Shown: piece after piece, positions 31,946 through 41,421 of the stretch | Position numbering within the stretch: position 1 is the stretch's first letter | Layout of the letters: each line of letters starts with the position of its first letter | DNA from: Bacteroidales bacterium | Lineage (GTDB): Bacteria; Bacteroidota; Bacteroidia; Bacteroidales; ML635J-15 | Assembly (NCBI GenBank): GCA_017551515.1 | Contig: JAFZLK010000022.1 | Coordinates: forward strand, 12,532-76,531 | Length of the DNA stretch: 64,000 nucleotides | Reading direction: 5' to 3' | Notes under the pieces: generated by a model | Told to the model about the DNA's origin: nothing | Databases searched by the model: none | What the model saw: only the letters and a program-made list of their open reading frames with translations | Made by a program: the position numbers and the translations under genes

Positions 31946-32475
31946 TCAATCTGTTATCACTTCCCAGAAACCGCCCTTGTCCGGACCAACACGACGGATA
32001 TATTTATCTCGCATTACATTAATGTTACTACCAACAGCAGTATAGCTTAAACCTAAAACAGTAGCAATTTCCGACTTTGATATATACGGGTCACGGGTCT
32101 TCTAACATCAATTTTAATATTGACATTCTGTTTTCTGTCAACTTAACACCACTTGACTTCGATTTTTCTATAATGCTACCTATCAATTCAGCACGATTTT
32201 CTGGTAATTTTTCTGGTAACTTTTCTGTCACCTTACTTTTCCCATTATTTGACTTAGTTGTCGAAACGCCCAATACATCTACTTTATTGTCAGTTGTTTC
32301 TGTTCGGTTTCTGTTCGGTTTCTGCTACTTTCTGTTCGGTTTCTGTCACCTTGGGCACTGTTATTTTCAAGATGAAATCATCTGTATGGTACTTGGGTTC
32401 TTTGACGCCATTGGCTATCAGCTCCCGACACATACGGTCAACACCTTCGCCGTACTCTTTCAATGCATTAGTCAT
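31946..32475 (-). pseudogene. 5'-truncated, doubly frameshifted ATP-binding (RecG-C/HATPase_c_4-like) + winged-HTH gene remnant
   Basis: KEYGEGVDRM fragment. Removing a 7-bp tandem duplication (ACGGGTC x2, 32086-32099) restores EDPYISKSEIATVLGLSYTAV...IRRVGPDKGGFWEV*. An 11-bp repeat (CGAACAGAAAC on -) near 32297-32325 causes another shift. Confidence 0.75.
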
Positions 32476-32866
32476 TTTTCAAAAACATATGAAGTTTTTC
32501 AAGGATAATTTTATCAGCTGGCAACCAATTTACATTGTATAATTCATCTTTTGATAACCATTTTGCTGCTTCATGTTCTTTCAAAATAAGACTCCCACTT
32601 TCAACACGACATAAAAAGCAATGCATTGTAAGATGAAATTTAGGATAATCCCATTCTACAGTATCAATAAATCTTTCAACAACAATTTTTGTATCCAATT
32701 CTTCCAAAATCTCACGTTTAAGAGCTTCTTCTGGAGTTTCTCCAACTTCAATTTTTCCGCCAGGAAATTCCCAATAGTCTTTCCAATCTCCGTAACCACG
32801 TTGAGTTGCGAAAATACAACCATCGGAATCGTGGATTATGGCTGCTGCAACTTCGATTTTTTTCAT
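32468..32866 (-). CDS. MutT/NudG-like Nudix hydrolase
   Basis: WEFPGGKIEVGETPEEALKREILEEL Nudix box; WLPAD. Confidence 0.93.
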   Translation of the reverse strand: MKKIEVAAAIIHDSDGCIFATQRGYGDWKDYWEFPGGKIEVGETPEEALKREILEELDTKIVVERFIDTVEWDYPKFHLTMHCFLCRVESGSLILKEHEAAKWLSKDELYNVNWLPADKIILEKLHMFLKND

Positions 32867-34938
32867 AATACTTGTAGCCCTAATGACTTCAGATAGTTAT
32901 ATGTTCCATCATAAAATTCAGATCTTCTTGTATTGTCATCATTATTTCCTTCTGGAACACAGATTACCATTCCTTGACGAGCACGAGTAAGAAGAACTCT
33001 GTATGCATTCAGCTGATAAACTTTTCGTTCTTCTTTATTAATACGATTCCATCGATTACCACCATTAAACTCATAAAAATCCCATTTCCCATCATTATAT
33101 CGCAAGTCGCCATCCCATACCAAACAAGTCCAATCTAGCTCTAAACCTTGAATATCAAATTCACTTGCAGCATCTTCTAAAAATAATGAAGAACGCACAT
33201 CATCAATATCGTCAAGAAACCAATGAACAGTATCAGGCTTACACCTTACATCTATGGCTAACGGTTTCAATCTATATGCTTTTGAAGAAACTAACATTCC
33301 GTATCGTTCGCTACCCCTTGCTTTGTTCCTCAACCATTGTTTTGCAACATTAATATCCCTTGTTAATACAATAGGATAGCGATCTTTTATTTTTGCATAA
33401 TTTTCTATAACTTTGTTAATCTCACAATCTAGCAAATGGTGTATCATATTCGACAAACTCTCAGCTCTAAAAGAACGCATAGAAACGGACAAATGCAAAT
33501 CATCCGAATACAATACATTAGGATTTTTAGAAAGCAACTCTTCAATCTTACCTTCTGCATATTCTTTCGCCGTTAGTTGATTAGATATATATACTCGCCA
33601 TTCTGGGAAGGTTTCATTAATTGCTCTAATCCACTCGCCAATGCCAGCTTCACCAGTATTTATTTCCTGTCCACCACCGACAAGACAAACTATTACTGCC
33701 CAATCCTTTCGTTGATCCAATGACCATATCAGGAATTCTCCTTCTGACATTGGAAAATCTTGTATTCCCTTCTTACGCTTTAGCCAACTCGAAATATGCT
33801 CTTGATCCCAAGAACGTTGTGCTTCGTCAAAAATGGCAATATTCTCTACTTCTGCATATCCAGCCGTTTTATCCTTAAGTTCTTTTTGCGGATCAATTTC
33901 TATCTTTTTTCCGACGATTGGTGTGCGCAATTTTTGAAGCATATTATCACGATAGCGGTGAATTATTTGTATAAATTGACCTACTTCTCGACGAGCATCA
34001 GTTATATTGTATTTTTCTCCTTGTTCATTCTTCTGACGCTTTCGATCTCTTGCCAACGCCTCTGTCAGAACACTTACCAACGGACCATTACCAGACAAAT
34101 ACACTGCTAAATCTGGATTTTCTCCATCTTTGTGAGACAATTGCTTAATAGCAACATTCAAACCTACCAAAGTTTTTCCTGCTCCAGGCACTCCTGTTAC
34201 AAAACAAATGCTTTTACCCCCTCGAGATTTTGTTTCTCGAATAACTTTCAACACATAATCCGTAGTAATATCAAGTTGCTTTCCCTCTGCCTCATGACGA
34301 GTTATCTCCTCTACACTATGCTGCGAATACAATGCACTTGCCGCCTCAATAATAGTGGGCGAAGGAGCATATCTACTTCTTACCCAATCGCGCATGGACA
34401 CATCTCCATTATAATTCGCAATATCTTGTGATAAAACCTGTTTCATAATAAATGACAGACCTTCGGTATTTGTCATTAATGGGTCGTATATACCATCATT
34501 GTAATGAGACAACTTCAGCTCAGTCGAACAATCTTTAGCATTTGTCGCTATCAATATAGGAACGATATATCTATCAGAACTACCTTGATGGAAATTTTTC
34601 AAATCAAGAGCATAATCCATTACTTGGTCTCTGTCTTGACGAATATAATCTTCTTGTCCTGCTTTAAATTCAAGCACAAAAACTCTTTCTCGAAGCAAAA
34701 CAACGACATCTATTCTCTTTCCTAAACGCGGTATAGTATATTCAAATATTATCCATCCTTCTTCATTTTTGTATTGAGACAAAACATTCTTTAAAAGCGT
34801 TATTTCTTCTTTCCATGCGAACTTTTGTGTATCACCGGTATCGTACTCATCATTTCCTGCCAATATACCAAATATCTCAAGTTCGTTTTGTGAAAGGAAT
34901 TCTTTTATTGAATTATGATAAAAACAGCGTTCGTTCAT
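32863..34938 (-). CDS. DUF2075 (Schlafen group 3-like) nuclease-helicase
   Basis: N-terminal EY...RID......LEFK (PD-(D/E)XK-like); Walker A GVPGAGKT; Walker B IFDEAQR; QGLELD; YRVLLTRAR.G; overlaps the Nudix start by 4 nt. Confidence 0.85.
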   Translation of the reverse strand: MNERCFYHNSIKEFLSQNELEIFGILAGNDEYDTGDTQKFAWKEEITLLKNVLSQYKNEEGWIIFEYTIPRLGKRIDVVVLLRERVFVLEFKAGQEDYIRQDRDQVMDYALDLKNFHQGSSDRYIVPILIATNAKDCSTELKLSHYNDGIYDPLMTNTEGLSFIMKQVLSQDIANYNGDVSMRDWVRSRYAPSPTIIEAASALYSQHSVEEITRHEAEGKQLDITTDYVLKVIRETKSRGGKSICFVTGVPGAGKTLVGLNVAIKQLSHKDGENPDLAVYLSGNGPLVSVLTEALARDRKRQKNEQGEKYNITDARREVGQFIQIIHRYRDNMLQKLRTPIVGKKIEIDPQKELKDKTAGYAEVENIAIFDEAQRSWDQEHISSWLKRKKGIQDFPMSEGEFLIWSLDQRKDWAVIVCLVGGGQEINTGEAGIGEWIRAINETFPEWRVYISNQLTAKEYAEGKIEELLSKNPNVLYSDDLHLSVSMRSFRAESLSNMIHHLLDCEINKVIENYAKIKDRYPIVLTRDINVAKQWLRNKARGSERYGMLVSSKAYRLKPLAIDVRCKPDTVHWFLDDIDDVRSSLFLEDAASEFDIQGLELDWTCLVWDGDLRYNDGKWDFYEFNGGNRWNRINKEERKVYQLNAYRVLLTRARQGMVICVPEGNNDDNTRRSEFYDGTYNYLKSLGLQVL

Positions 34939-35036
34939 AAATTTGAAACAGATGGTCATTATTACATGACACAAATATACCTTAATTTGTATAAAAATAA
35001 GACTTCCAGTTGAACATACTTATCAACATTTATTTT

Positions 35037-35087
35037 CTAATACATCTCCATCGCATATTCAACCGCCTTATTCAGCAGCGAGTTGAA
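35037..35087 (-). repeat. Copy B of the DUF2461 gene 3' end
   Basis: Encodes FNSLLNKAVEYAMEMY*, identical in peptide to the end of the gene at 37762. Confidence 0.92.
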
Positions 35088-35094
35088 TATAATA

Positions 35095-35177
35095 TCGCAA
35101 CCTATCTTTCACCTACTGCATTTCTCAAATCACCGAGTCGCAGTATTAACTTCTGCAAAACAAAAAACCACTTATTC
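35095..35177. repeat. Degenerate direct repeat of 36394-36477 flanking the DUF1016 gene
   Basis: In register at an offset of 1300 bp; last 27 nt TTCTGCAAAACAAAAAACCACTTATTC vs TTTTGCAAAACAATAAACCACTTATTC. Confidence 0.6.
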
Positions 35178-36196
35178 TTTAGTATCAACAATTTTTTCCA
35201 CAATCTGCTTCAATTGATCTTTATTAGGCAAGTATAATTCGTATTTTGAAACAAAAAGATTTGTATTAATGCCATAAGTTGCATATTCCACGAGCAAATC
35301 GTCTTTATAGTGCGAAAGAATAATGCCTATCGGCGGATTGTCGTCCGGCATATTTTCCTCCGTGGCAAAATAGCCTAAATACATATTCATCTGTCCAATA
35401 TCTTCGTGCTGCACAGCATCTCGTTTCAAATCAATTAGGACAAAACATTTCAAAATACGATGATAAAAGACCAAATCGCAATGGTAGTGCCTATTGTTCA
35501 CTGTTATAGGATATTGCCGTTTTACAAATGTGAAGCCTTTGCCCATTTCCAAAAGGAACATCTGCAAATGGTCTATTATACGTTGTTCGAGTTCTGTTTC
35601 CGAAAAATGGTAATCCTCAGGAATTCCTAGAAACTCCAATGTATAACTGTCCTTAACAACATCTTCTGGCTTATGAATCGTAACACCATCCTTGGCCAAA
35701 GCAAGAACTCCATCCTTGTCCTTGCTTGATGCTAGACGCAGATACAATGCGGAATTCATTTGACGTTTTAGTGTTCTCACATCCCATTTTTGTGCAATAC
35801 ACTCTTTTTCATAAAAACTACGCTCCAATGGGTCGTCTGCTTGCATCAATGTGCAAATATGAGTCCAGCTTAAATTGTCAGTCAGTGACTGACAATTAGG
35901 ATAAAACAGATAAAACTTTCTCATATTCACCAAATTAGGACGACTAAACCGCGTCCAAAGCGTAATGTCAATTGCTTGGACAATTCCGAGAGCGTAGATG
36001 TTCCGTATGCAACTTTTGCTTGTCCACCTTGTTCGTATTCCACTATATACTTTCCAATCTGCCAATAGGTTTCGGTCATTGTTGCATTAATGCTTATAGC
36101 CAAACGCTTACGAGCATTTGATATCACTTCCGAAACGCTGTCAATCAAATGCTGAACTGTATTGTATTCTGATATTTTATTCTCATTGTTTTCCAT
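35172..36196 (-). pseudogene. YhcG/DUF1016 PD-(D/E)XK nuclease-domain gene with a 1-bp frameshift
   Basis: N-part: YWQIGKYIVEYEQGG..YG..LS..L...FGRG. C-part: FSRPNL.NMRKFY, LSWTH, KDSYTLEFL, FLLEMGKGF, DLVFYHRILKCFVLIDLK, GQMNMY. One T is missing in GGTTT(T)AGT at 35946-35948. Confidence 0.85.
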
Positions 36197-36568
36197 CAAA
36201 ACATGTCTTTGTTTATCTTTATTAGAGATTCAATTGCAAACATAATTATAAAAAGAATATAATACAACTAAAGTTGGGTTTTATTTTAAACAAAAGAATG
36301 CAAGGTGAATACTCTACAAAACAAATGCTTATCCAAGAAAACTAACAAATCCTTCTACCATAACCTCCTATTTATTCCTCACAAAATTGACTATCGCACG
36401 CCCCCATTTTCCTAACTGTGTTTCGCAAATTACCTCGCCTTAGGATTTGTTTTTGCAAAACAATAAACCACTTATTCCATTTTTTAGTACTGCAAAATAA
36501 CCACTTATTCCGAATTTGGAAGAAGGAAATATTATTCAAATCACTACAACACAATCAATTAGCAAAAA

Positions 36569-36649
36569 TCAATACATCTCCATAGCATATTCAACCGCCT
36601 TATTCAGCAGCGAGTTGAATTCGTAGGTGCGGCGGAGGTCGGAAACAAC
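36569..36649 (-). repeat. Copy A of the DUF2461 gene 3' end
   Basis: Encodes VVSDLRRTYEFNSLLNKAVEYAMEMY*; differs from 37762-37842 only at synonymous sites and the stop codon. Confidence 0.95.
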
Positions 36650-36879
36650 TAATATTTCTTGTATTTTTTTTCTTGAAATTCTCGCCAAACTTCTTCTGCC
36701 AGATATTTGTCACTTCGACAATGCAAGTCTGCTACTCCATCATCTATCATTGAGGATGTTTCCGAACTATAGTACATGTCTGTTGCATCGTTGAGTGATA
36801 CACCATACATCTCACTGATGCATACAATTATTCTTGCACACTGGGCACTTTTCATTATTTGCTTACCTTCCTCGCTCAT
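36649..36879 (-). CDS. Small DUF3791-like protein
   Basis: A...YYSSET...I.DGVADLHCRSDKYLAEE; ATGA overlap with the DUF3990 gene. Confidence 0.7.
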   Translation of the reverse strand: MSEEGKQIMKSAQCARIIVCISEMYGVSLNDATDMYYSSETSSMIDDGVADLHCRSDKYLAEEVWREFQEKKYKKY

Positions 36880-37346
36880 AACTGCTTACTTTCAATATAT
36901 ACAAGACACTCTTGCAACATATGTTCAGAACGAATGCAATATTGTATGTTTGGTTTCTCGAACATAAGTAGTCCAAGCGCTACTTCCTGCGAAATCTCTC
37001 CATTAAAATATCTATCAAGAGTGATAATAACCTTATCATTGGCAATGCCGCCAATTACCAAGTCAAAATCTCCAAACTCATTACCTTCACGGCATTGCGC
37101 CACAAAATCAAGCCATTCCTTGTCGTATGCTTCAAAATATTTTATATTCCATTGCTCTTCACTATACGAGAACTCATATACATTGAGCCACGCAGACTGT
37201 CCTCTTCTTTTAAATCGTTGTGCATATCTGACTGCCTGTTCATCAATTGATGTCAGATAAAATCCACGTCCGAAATCCAAATATTTGCGCGAATGCTGTG
37301 TGTCGGGATGAGACACAATCATATTTGAAGAATGGTATAGTTTCAC
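36876..37346 (-). CDS. DUF3990 protein (ADP-ribosyltransferase-like motifs)
   Basis: LYHSS, DFGRGFYLT, EWLDFV..CR, DLVIGGIAND, QYC. Confidence 0.85.
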   Translation of the reverse strand: MKLYHSSNMIVSHPDTQHSRKYLDFGRGFYLTSIDEQAVRYAQRFKRRGQSAWLNVYEFSYSEEQWNIKYFEAYDKEWLDFVAQCREGNEFGDFDLVIGGIANDKVIITLDRYFNGEISQEVALGLLMFEKPNIQYCIRSEHMLQECLVYIESKQL

Positions 37347-37570
37347 GCGTCAAGCACCCCTTTCTCCTTCATGTAGTCTGTCAAGTCTTCCATTAGATAG
37401 CGAGAACTGAATGTGTGCAATACATCGTATGAAGGAACAATGTACCCATATAGTATGCCTGATTTTTTTAGCCGCCTATATATTTCTTGCTGAGACAAAT
37501 TTAGTGTCAGCGAAAGTTTTCCTATGCAATATGTAACAAACTCCAATGTCTTTTTATCCATATTCGTCAT
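37343..37570 (-). CDS. DUF3791 protein
   Basis: LEFVTYCI, YIVPSYDVLHTFS..YL.ED. Confidence 0.82.
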   Translation of the reverse strand: MTNMDKKTLEFVTYCIGKLSLTLNLSQQEIYRRLKKSGILYGYIVPSYDVLHTFSSRYLMEDLTDYMKEKGVLDA

Positions 37571-37761
37571 TATACAGTTACAAAATTATCGCAACATCTT
37601 TACTTTGCAAACTTACATAAAAATTGTCGATTTTTATGCCAGTATAATAAAGAAAATTTCATTGCTGATAGTCAGTGTATTACATTTTTCTTTAGAGGAA
37701 AGATAAACAAAACATCCATATTATAACGCCTAAATCTCAAACAATTTGTCGAAAAAACATT

Positions 37762-38424
37762 CTAATACATCTCCATCGCGTACTCCACAGCCTTATTCAG
37801 CAATGAGTTGAACTCGTAGGTGCGGCGGAGGTCGGAAACGACATGGTCCACAAAACTATTGTCGAGGATGTCGGATTCATTAATTGGCTTCTCAATGAGG
37901 AAACTTTTAAGTTTGTAGTATTCGGCAAATTCGTCATCGGCACTGAAGCCAGCAGGAATCTTTTTCAGCGCATCTTCCCACGATAGCGAAAAGCCCTTGG
38001 CACTGCGTATGGCCTTGTCGAAATTCTTGCCGTTGAGCATTATCTCCTCACGCACACTCTTCACAATACGAGGTTCGGGACACCACAATCCTGCACAGAT
38101 AAAATAACTCACATTAGGCTCAATATGAATATAATAGCCTGAGTATCCGCTCTTTTTTCCGTGCGGACAGACAAATGTGCCTATGTGTTGCTTGTAGGGT
38201 GTCTTGTCGTGCGAAAAACGCAGGTCGCGGTATATACGATAGGTGCAGTCCTTCACCTGCAAGCCCGCCACCGACTTGTCGAAACTTGCGATGCCATCGA
38301 TCAGTTTCTGCGAAAAATCATTATGTACGGCAAGCATTTCCTTGTACTGCTGCTTGTGAGCATCGAACCACGGCTTGTTGTTGTTCTGCTGCAATTGCTT
38401 GAAAAAATCCAAAACTCGTTTCAT
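37762..38424 (-). CDS. DUF2461 (TIGR02453-like) protein
   Basis: FF..L..NNNK.WF..HK, YRIYRDLRFS.DKTPYK, GYYIHIEP; start at ATG 38424. Confidence 0.9.
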   Translation of the reverse strand: MKRVLDFFKQLQQNNNKPWFDAHKQQYKEMLAVHNDFSQKLIDGIASFDKSVAGLQVKDCTYRIYRDLRFSHDKTPYKQHIGTFVCPHGKKSGYSGYYIHIEPNVSYFICAGLWCPEPRIVKSVREEIMLNGKNFDKAIRSAKGFSLSWEDALKKIPAGFSADDEFAEYYKLKSFLIEKPINESDILDNSFVDHVVSDLRRTYEFNSLLNKAVEYAMEMY

Positions 38425-38467
38425 GGTCAAAAATTTTGCGAAAGATAAGAAAAATTTCAAAATTTTT

Positions 38468-38760
38468 GGTTTCTGTGCCTTCGGCGTTTCTATGTTTCTA
38501 TGGGCTGCGCCCGTTTCTGCGCTACGCTGTTTCTGGGTTTCTATGCCTGCGGCGTTTATAAGTTTCTCGCTGCGCTGTTTCTCAGTTTGAATGTTTCAAA
38601 ACAATATCAAACAACCAGAAACTCAGAAACTCAGAAACCCAGAAACCCAGAAACCAGAAACTCAGAAACTCAGAAACCCAGAAACCCAGAAACCAGAAAC
38701 TCAGAAACCCAGAAACCCAGAAATCCTCAAATCTTCAAATTTTCAAATCTTCAAATCTTT
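38468..38760. repeat. Bipartite intergenic repeat: GTTTCT arm (38468-38590), about 14 CAGAAAC(Y) units (38616-38724), then CAAAT-type repeats
   Basis: Directly visible; higher-order 39-bp period in the CAGAAAC array; GCC-GAA-GGC and GCC-GCA-GGC mini-hairpins on the - strand. Confidence 0.9.
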
Positions 38761-38840
38761 GAATTTTTTGAATCCTCATTGTGACAAATAATTATTACAT
38801 TTGCCAAAAATTTTTAAAACACATATTAAAATAAAATATC

Positions 38841-40121
38841 ATGGTTAGAGATGAACAAATTTTCGACCTTATAAAGAAGGAAAGAGAAAGACAGATGAAG
38901 GGCATCGAGCTCATCGCATCGGAGAACTTTGTAAGCGACCAGGTAATGGAAGCTATGGGTTCGGTAATGACAAACAAGTACGCTGAGGGTTATCCCGGAA
39001 AGCGTTACTACGGTGGTTGCGAAGTTGTTGACCAGAGCGAAACCCTCGCTATCGAAAGATTGAAAAAGATCTTCGGTGCTTGCTGGGCAAATGTACAGCC
39101 GCACTCGGGCGCACAGGCAAACATGGCAGTATTCCTTGCATGCCTCAACGTTGGTGACACCTTCCTCGGACTTAACCTCGCACACGGCGGACACCTTTCA
39201 CACGGTTCACCAGTAAATATGTCGGGTATCAACTACAAGGCATTGGAATACAATGTAAAGGAAAGCGATGGTCGCGTTGACTACGACCAGCTCGAACGCG
39301 TTGCTCGCGAAAACAAGCCGAAACTCATCATCGCTGGTGCATCTGCTTACAGCCGCGAATGGGATTACGCTCGCATCCGCAAGGTTGCCGATGAAATTGG
39401 TGCAATCTTTATGGTTGATATGTCGCACCCAGCAGGTCTTATTGCTGCAGGTTTGCTCGACAACCCAGTAAAATACGCTCACATCGTAACAACAACAACA
39501 CACAAGACCCTTCGTGGTCCGCGTGGTGGTGTCATCATGATGGGACAGGACTTCCCGAATCCTTGGGGCAAGAAGACTCCAAAGGGCGAAGTAAAGATGA
39601 TGTCGGCATTGCTCGACTCTGCAGTATTCCCAGGTTGCCAGGGTGGTCCGTTGGAGCATGTAATCGCTGCTAAGGCTGTTGCTTTCGGCGAAGCTCTCAC
39701 TCCAGAATTCAAGGAATACCAGAAGCAAGTTAAGAAGAATGCTGCTGCTTTGGCTGATGCATTCATGGCAAAGGGCTACAAGATTGTCAGCGGTGGTACC
39801 GACAACCACTCTATGCTTGTTGACCTTCGCACCAAGTTCCCGGAACTCACAGGTAAGGTTGCAGAAAAGGCACTTGTTGCTGCCGACATCACAACCAACA
39901 AGAACATGGTTCCTTTCGACACCCGCAGCCCATTCCAGACTTCAGGTTTGCGTTTCGGAACTCCGGCTATCACAACCCGTGGCGTAAAGGAAGACAAGAT
40001 GGCTGTTATCGTTGACCTTATCGACCGCGTTCTCTGCGACCCCGAAAACGAAAAGGTTATTGCAGAAGTTCGTGCCGAAGTTAACAAGATGATGGCAAAC
40101 TACCCGCTTTTCGCATGGTAG
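38841..40121 (+). CDS. glyA: Serine hydroxymethyltransferase
   Basis: [44 protein letters not shown]. Confidence 0.98.
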   Translation: MVRDEQIFDLIKKERERQMKGIELIASENFVSDQVMEAMGSVMTNKYAEGYPGKRYYGGCEVVDQSETLAIERLKKIFGACWANVQPHSGAQANMAVFLACLNVGDTFLGLNLAHGGHLSHGSPVNMSGINYKALEYNVKESDGRVDYDQLERVARENKPKLIIAGASAYSREWDYARIRKVADEIGAIFMVDMSHPAGLIAAGLLDNPVKYAHIVTTTTHKTLRGPRGGVIMMGQDFPNPWGKKTPKGEVKMMSALLDSAVFPGCQGGPLEHVIAAKAVAFGEALTPEFKEYQKQVKKNAAALADAFMAKGYKIVSGGTDNHSMLVDLRTKFPELTGKVAEKALVAADITTNKNMVPFDTRSPFQTSGLRFGTPAITTRGVKEDKMAVIVDLIDRVLCDPENEKVIAEVRAEVNKMMANYPLFAW

Positions 40122-40141
40122 GAAATTGAAATATCAACACA

Positions 40142-40180
40142 TAAGCCACTTTGGACTTCCTATCCTGAGTGGCTTATTTT
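40142..40180 (+). terminator. Probable terminator after glyA
   Basis: TAAGCCACT...AGTGGCTTATTTT. Confidence 0.6.
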
Positions 40181-40273
40181 AAAAGATATTGTTAAACTAA
40201 ATTTTTGGCAAGGGAAATAGGATAATGTAGCGATATGCACATCATAGAATAGGAAAAAGCCAAGTTGCTTATC

Positions 40274-40435
40274 TGGCACTTTTGAAACTTCGACACTTTC
40301 AAAAACAACACTCCAGAATTGAGCGACAGCATTCCCGCCATTAGGCGTGGACTTGTATGTTGTAATTGGAGTGTTTAGGTAGTCGAAGACCTCAAAAGTA
40401 CCGATGAAAACTTAAAAGTGCCACGCTTTTTTTAT
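40274..40435 (+). ncRNA. Candidate structured RNA/leader (nested long hairpin)
   Basis: GGCACTTTTGA/TCAAAAGTACC, CTTCGAC/GTCGAAG, AACACTCCA/TGGAGTGTT and CGCC/GGCG nested pairings. Confidence 0.4.
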
Positions 40436-40561
40436 GTGCTTATTTCAAAATAAAGGCACTGGCGGTGAATGTCCCGAAAAGCCATAAAAGAGTAGGGAAA
40501 ATGATTTTAAATTTTGAATAAAACCGATGTGCCGATGGGATATAACCGAGCATACATTAAA

Positions 40562-41410
40562 ATGAATAATAAAATACTAATACTAATCTTGATGGCAATA
40601 GGTTTTACGACAGCATTGTCATCTTGTAAAAAAGATGAAGAACCAGATAATGAAACAAAAATTGTTGTTCCTGAAGGCGCATTGCCGCATTTGTTTTCGG
40701 TGAGTCCAACGAAAAAGGTATTTTTTGCCAACGGAAATCTACAATACCAAGCATCTACCAATACTTGGCGATTTGCTGCAAACCAATGGGACACAATAGG
40801 CTGCGGAAATATACTACGTTCAGCAACATATGAAGGTTGGATCGATTTGTTTAGTTATGGAACAAGTGGTTATAATGGTGCTGTTCCATATAAATTCTAC
40901 GGACAATATGAAGATTTACCAACGAATGATATTTCTGGTACCAATTATGACTGGGGGGGCTATAATCCAATAAGCAATGCAGGAAACAAAGCAGGTCTAT
41001 GGCGATCTTTGACATACGATGAAATACGTTATATGCTGTATCAAAGATCTTTTATTGGTTATTCTTTTGGACTCGGAAAACTTAAATTACAAAATGATAG
41101 CGAAATGATAGGTGTATTTATATTTCCAGATGACTCTGAAAATTATAGTGATAATTATAGTTCCAATGTTATAAAAATGTCAGTTTCTGAATTAGAAGCA
41201 ACAGGAACAGTATTCTTGCCTTATACGGGTGTAATAAATCAGATGTGGTCAGGTTCATATTTTTATGATAAAGATCATCTAAGTGTATATCTTTTAGGTT
41301 CTCCTAAATGTTTAGAATTTGTTACCGGCTATTTATGGCCTCCGACCCAATCCAGAGAGTACGGATGTGTGCGCTTAGTATGCGATTACAAAGAACAAAA
41401 TAACAAATAG
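40562..41410 (+). CDS. Lipoprotein with FSVS..K.V.F..GNLQY domain (C-type-lectin/FGE-like fold suspected)
   Basis: Lipobox LSSC followed by KKDEE; GNLQY, WRFA.NQ.D.IG, GWIDLF, DWG.YNPISN.GNK.GLWR.LT, VRLV.D. Confidence 0.75.
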   Translation: MNNKILILILMAIGFTTALSSCKKDEEPDNETKIVVPEGALPHLFSVSPTKKVFFANGNLQYQASTNTWRFAANQWDTIGCGNILRSATYEGWIDLFSYGTSGYNGAVPYKFYGQYEDLPTNDISGTNYDWGGYNPISNAGNKAGLWRSLTYDEIRYMLYQRSFIGYSFGLGKLKLQNDSEMIGVFIFPDDSENYSDNYSSNVIKMSVSELEATGTVFLPYTGVINQMWSGSYFYDKDHLSVYLLGSPKCLEFVTGYLWPPTQSREYGCVRLVCDYKEQNNK

Positions 41411-41421
41411 GAGGATATGAT

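Noticed and set aside
35927-35960. Programmed ribosomal frameshift in DUF1016
   Set aside because: No canonical slippery heptamer at the break; a simple 1-bp deletion explains it
31850-37760. Prophage or ICE
   Set aside because: No integrase, relaxase, replication or structural genes in the patch
38500-38791. ORFs 38500-38784 and 38591-38791
   Set aside because: Translations of the CAGAAAC microsatellite (ETQKPRNP repeats); not credible genes
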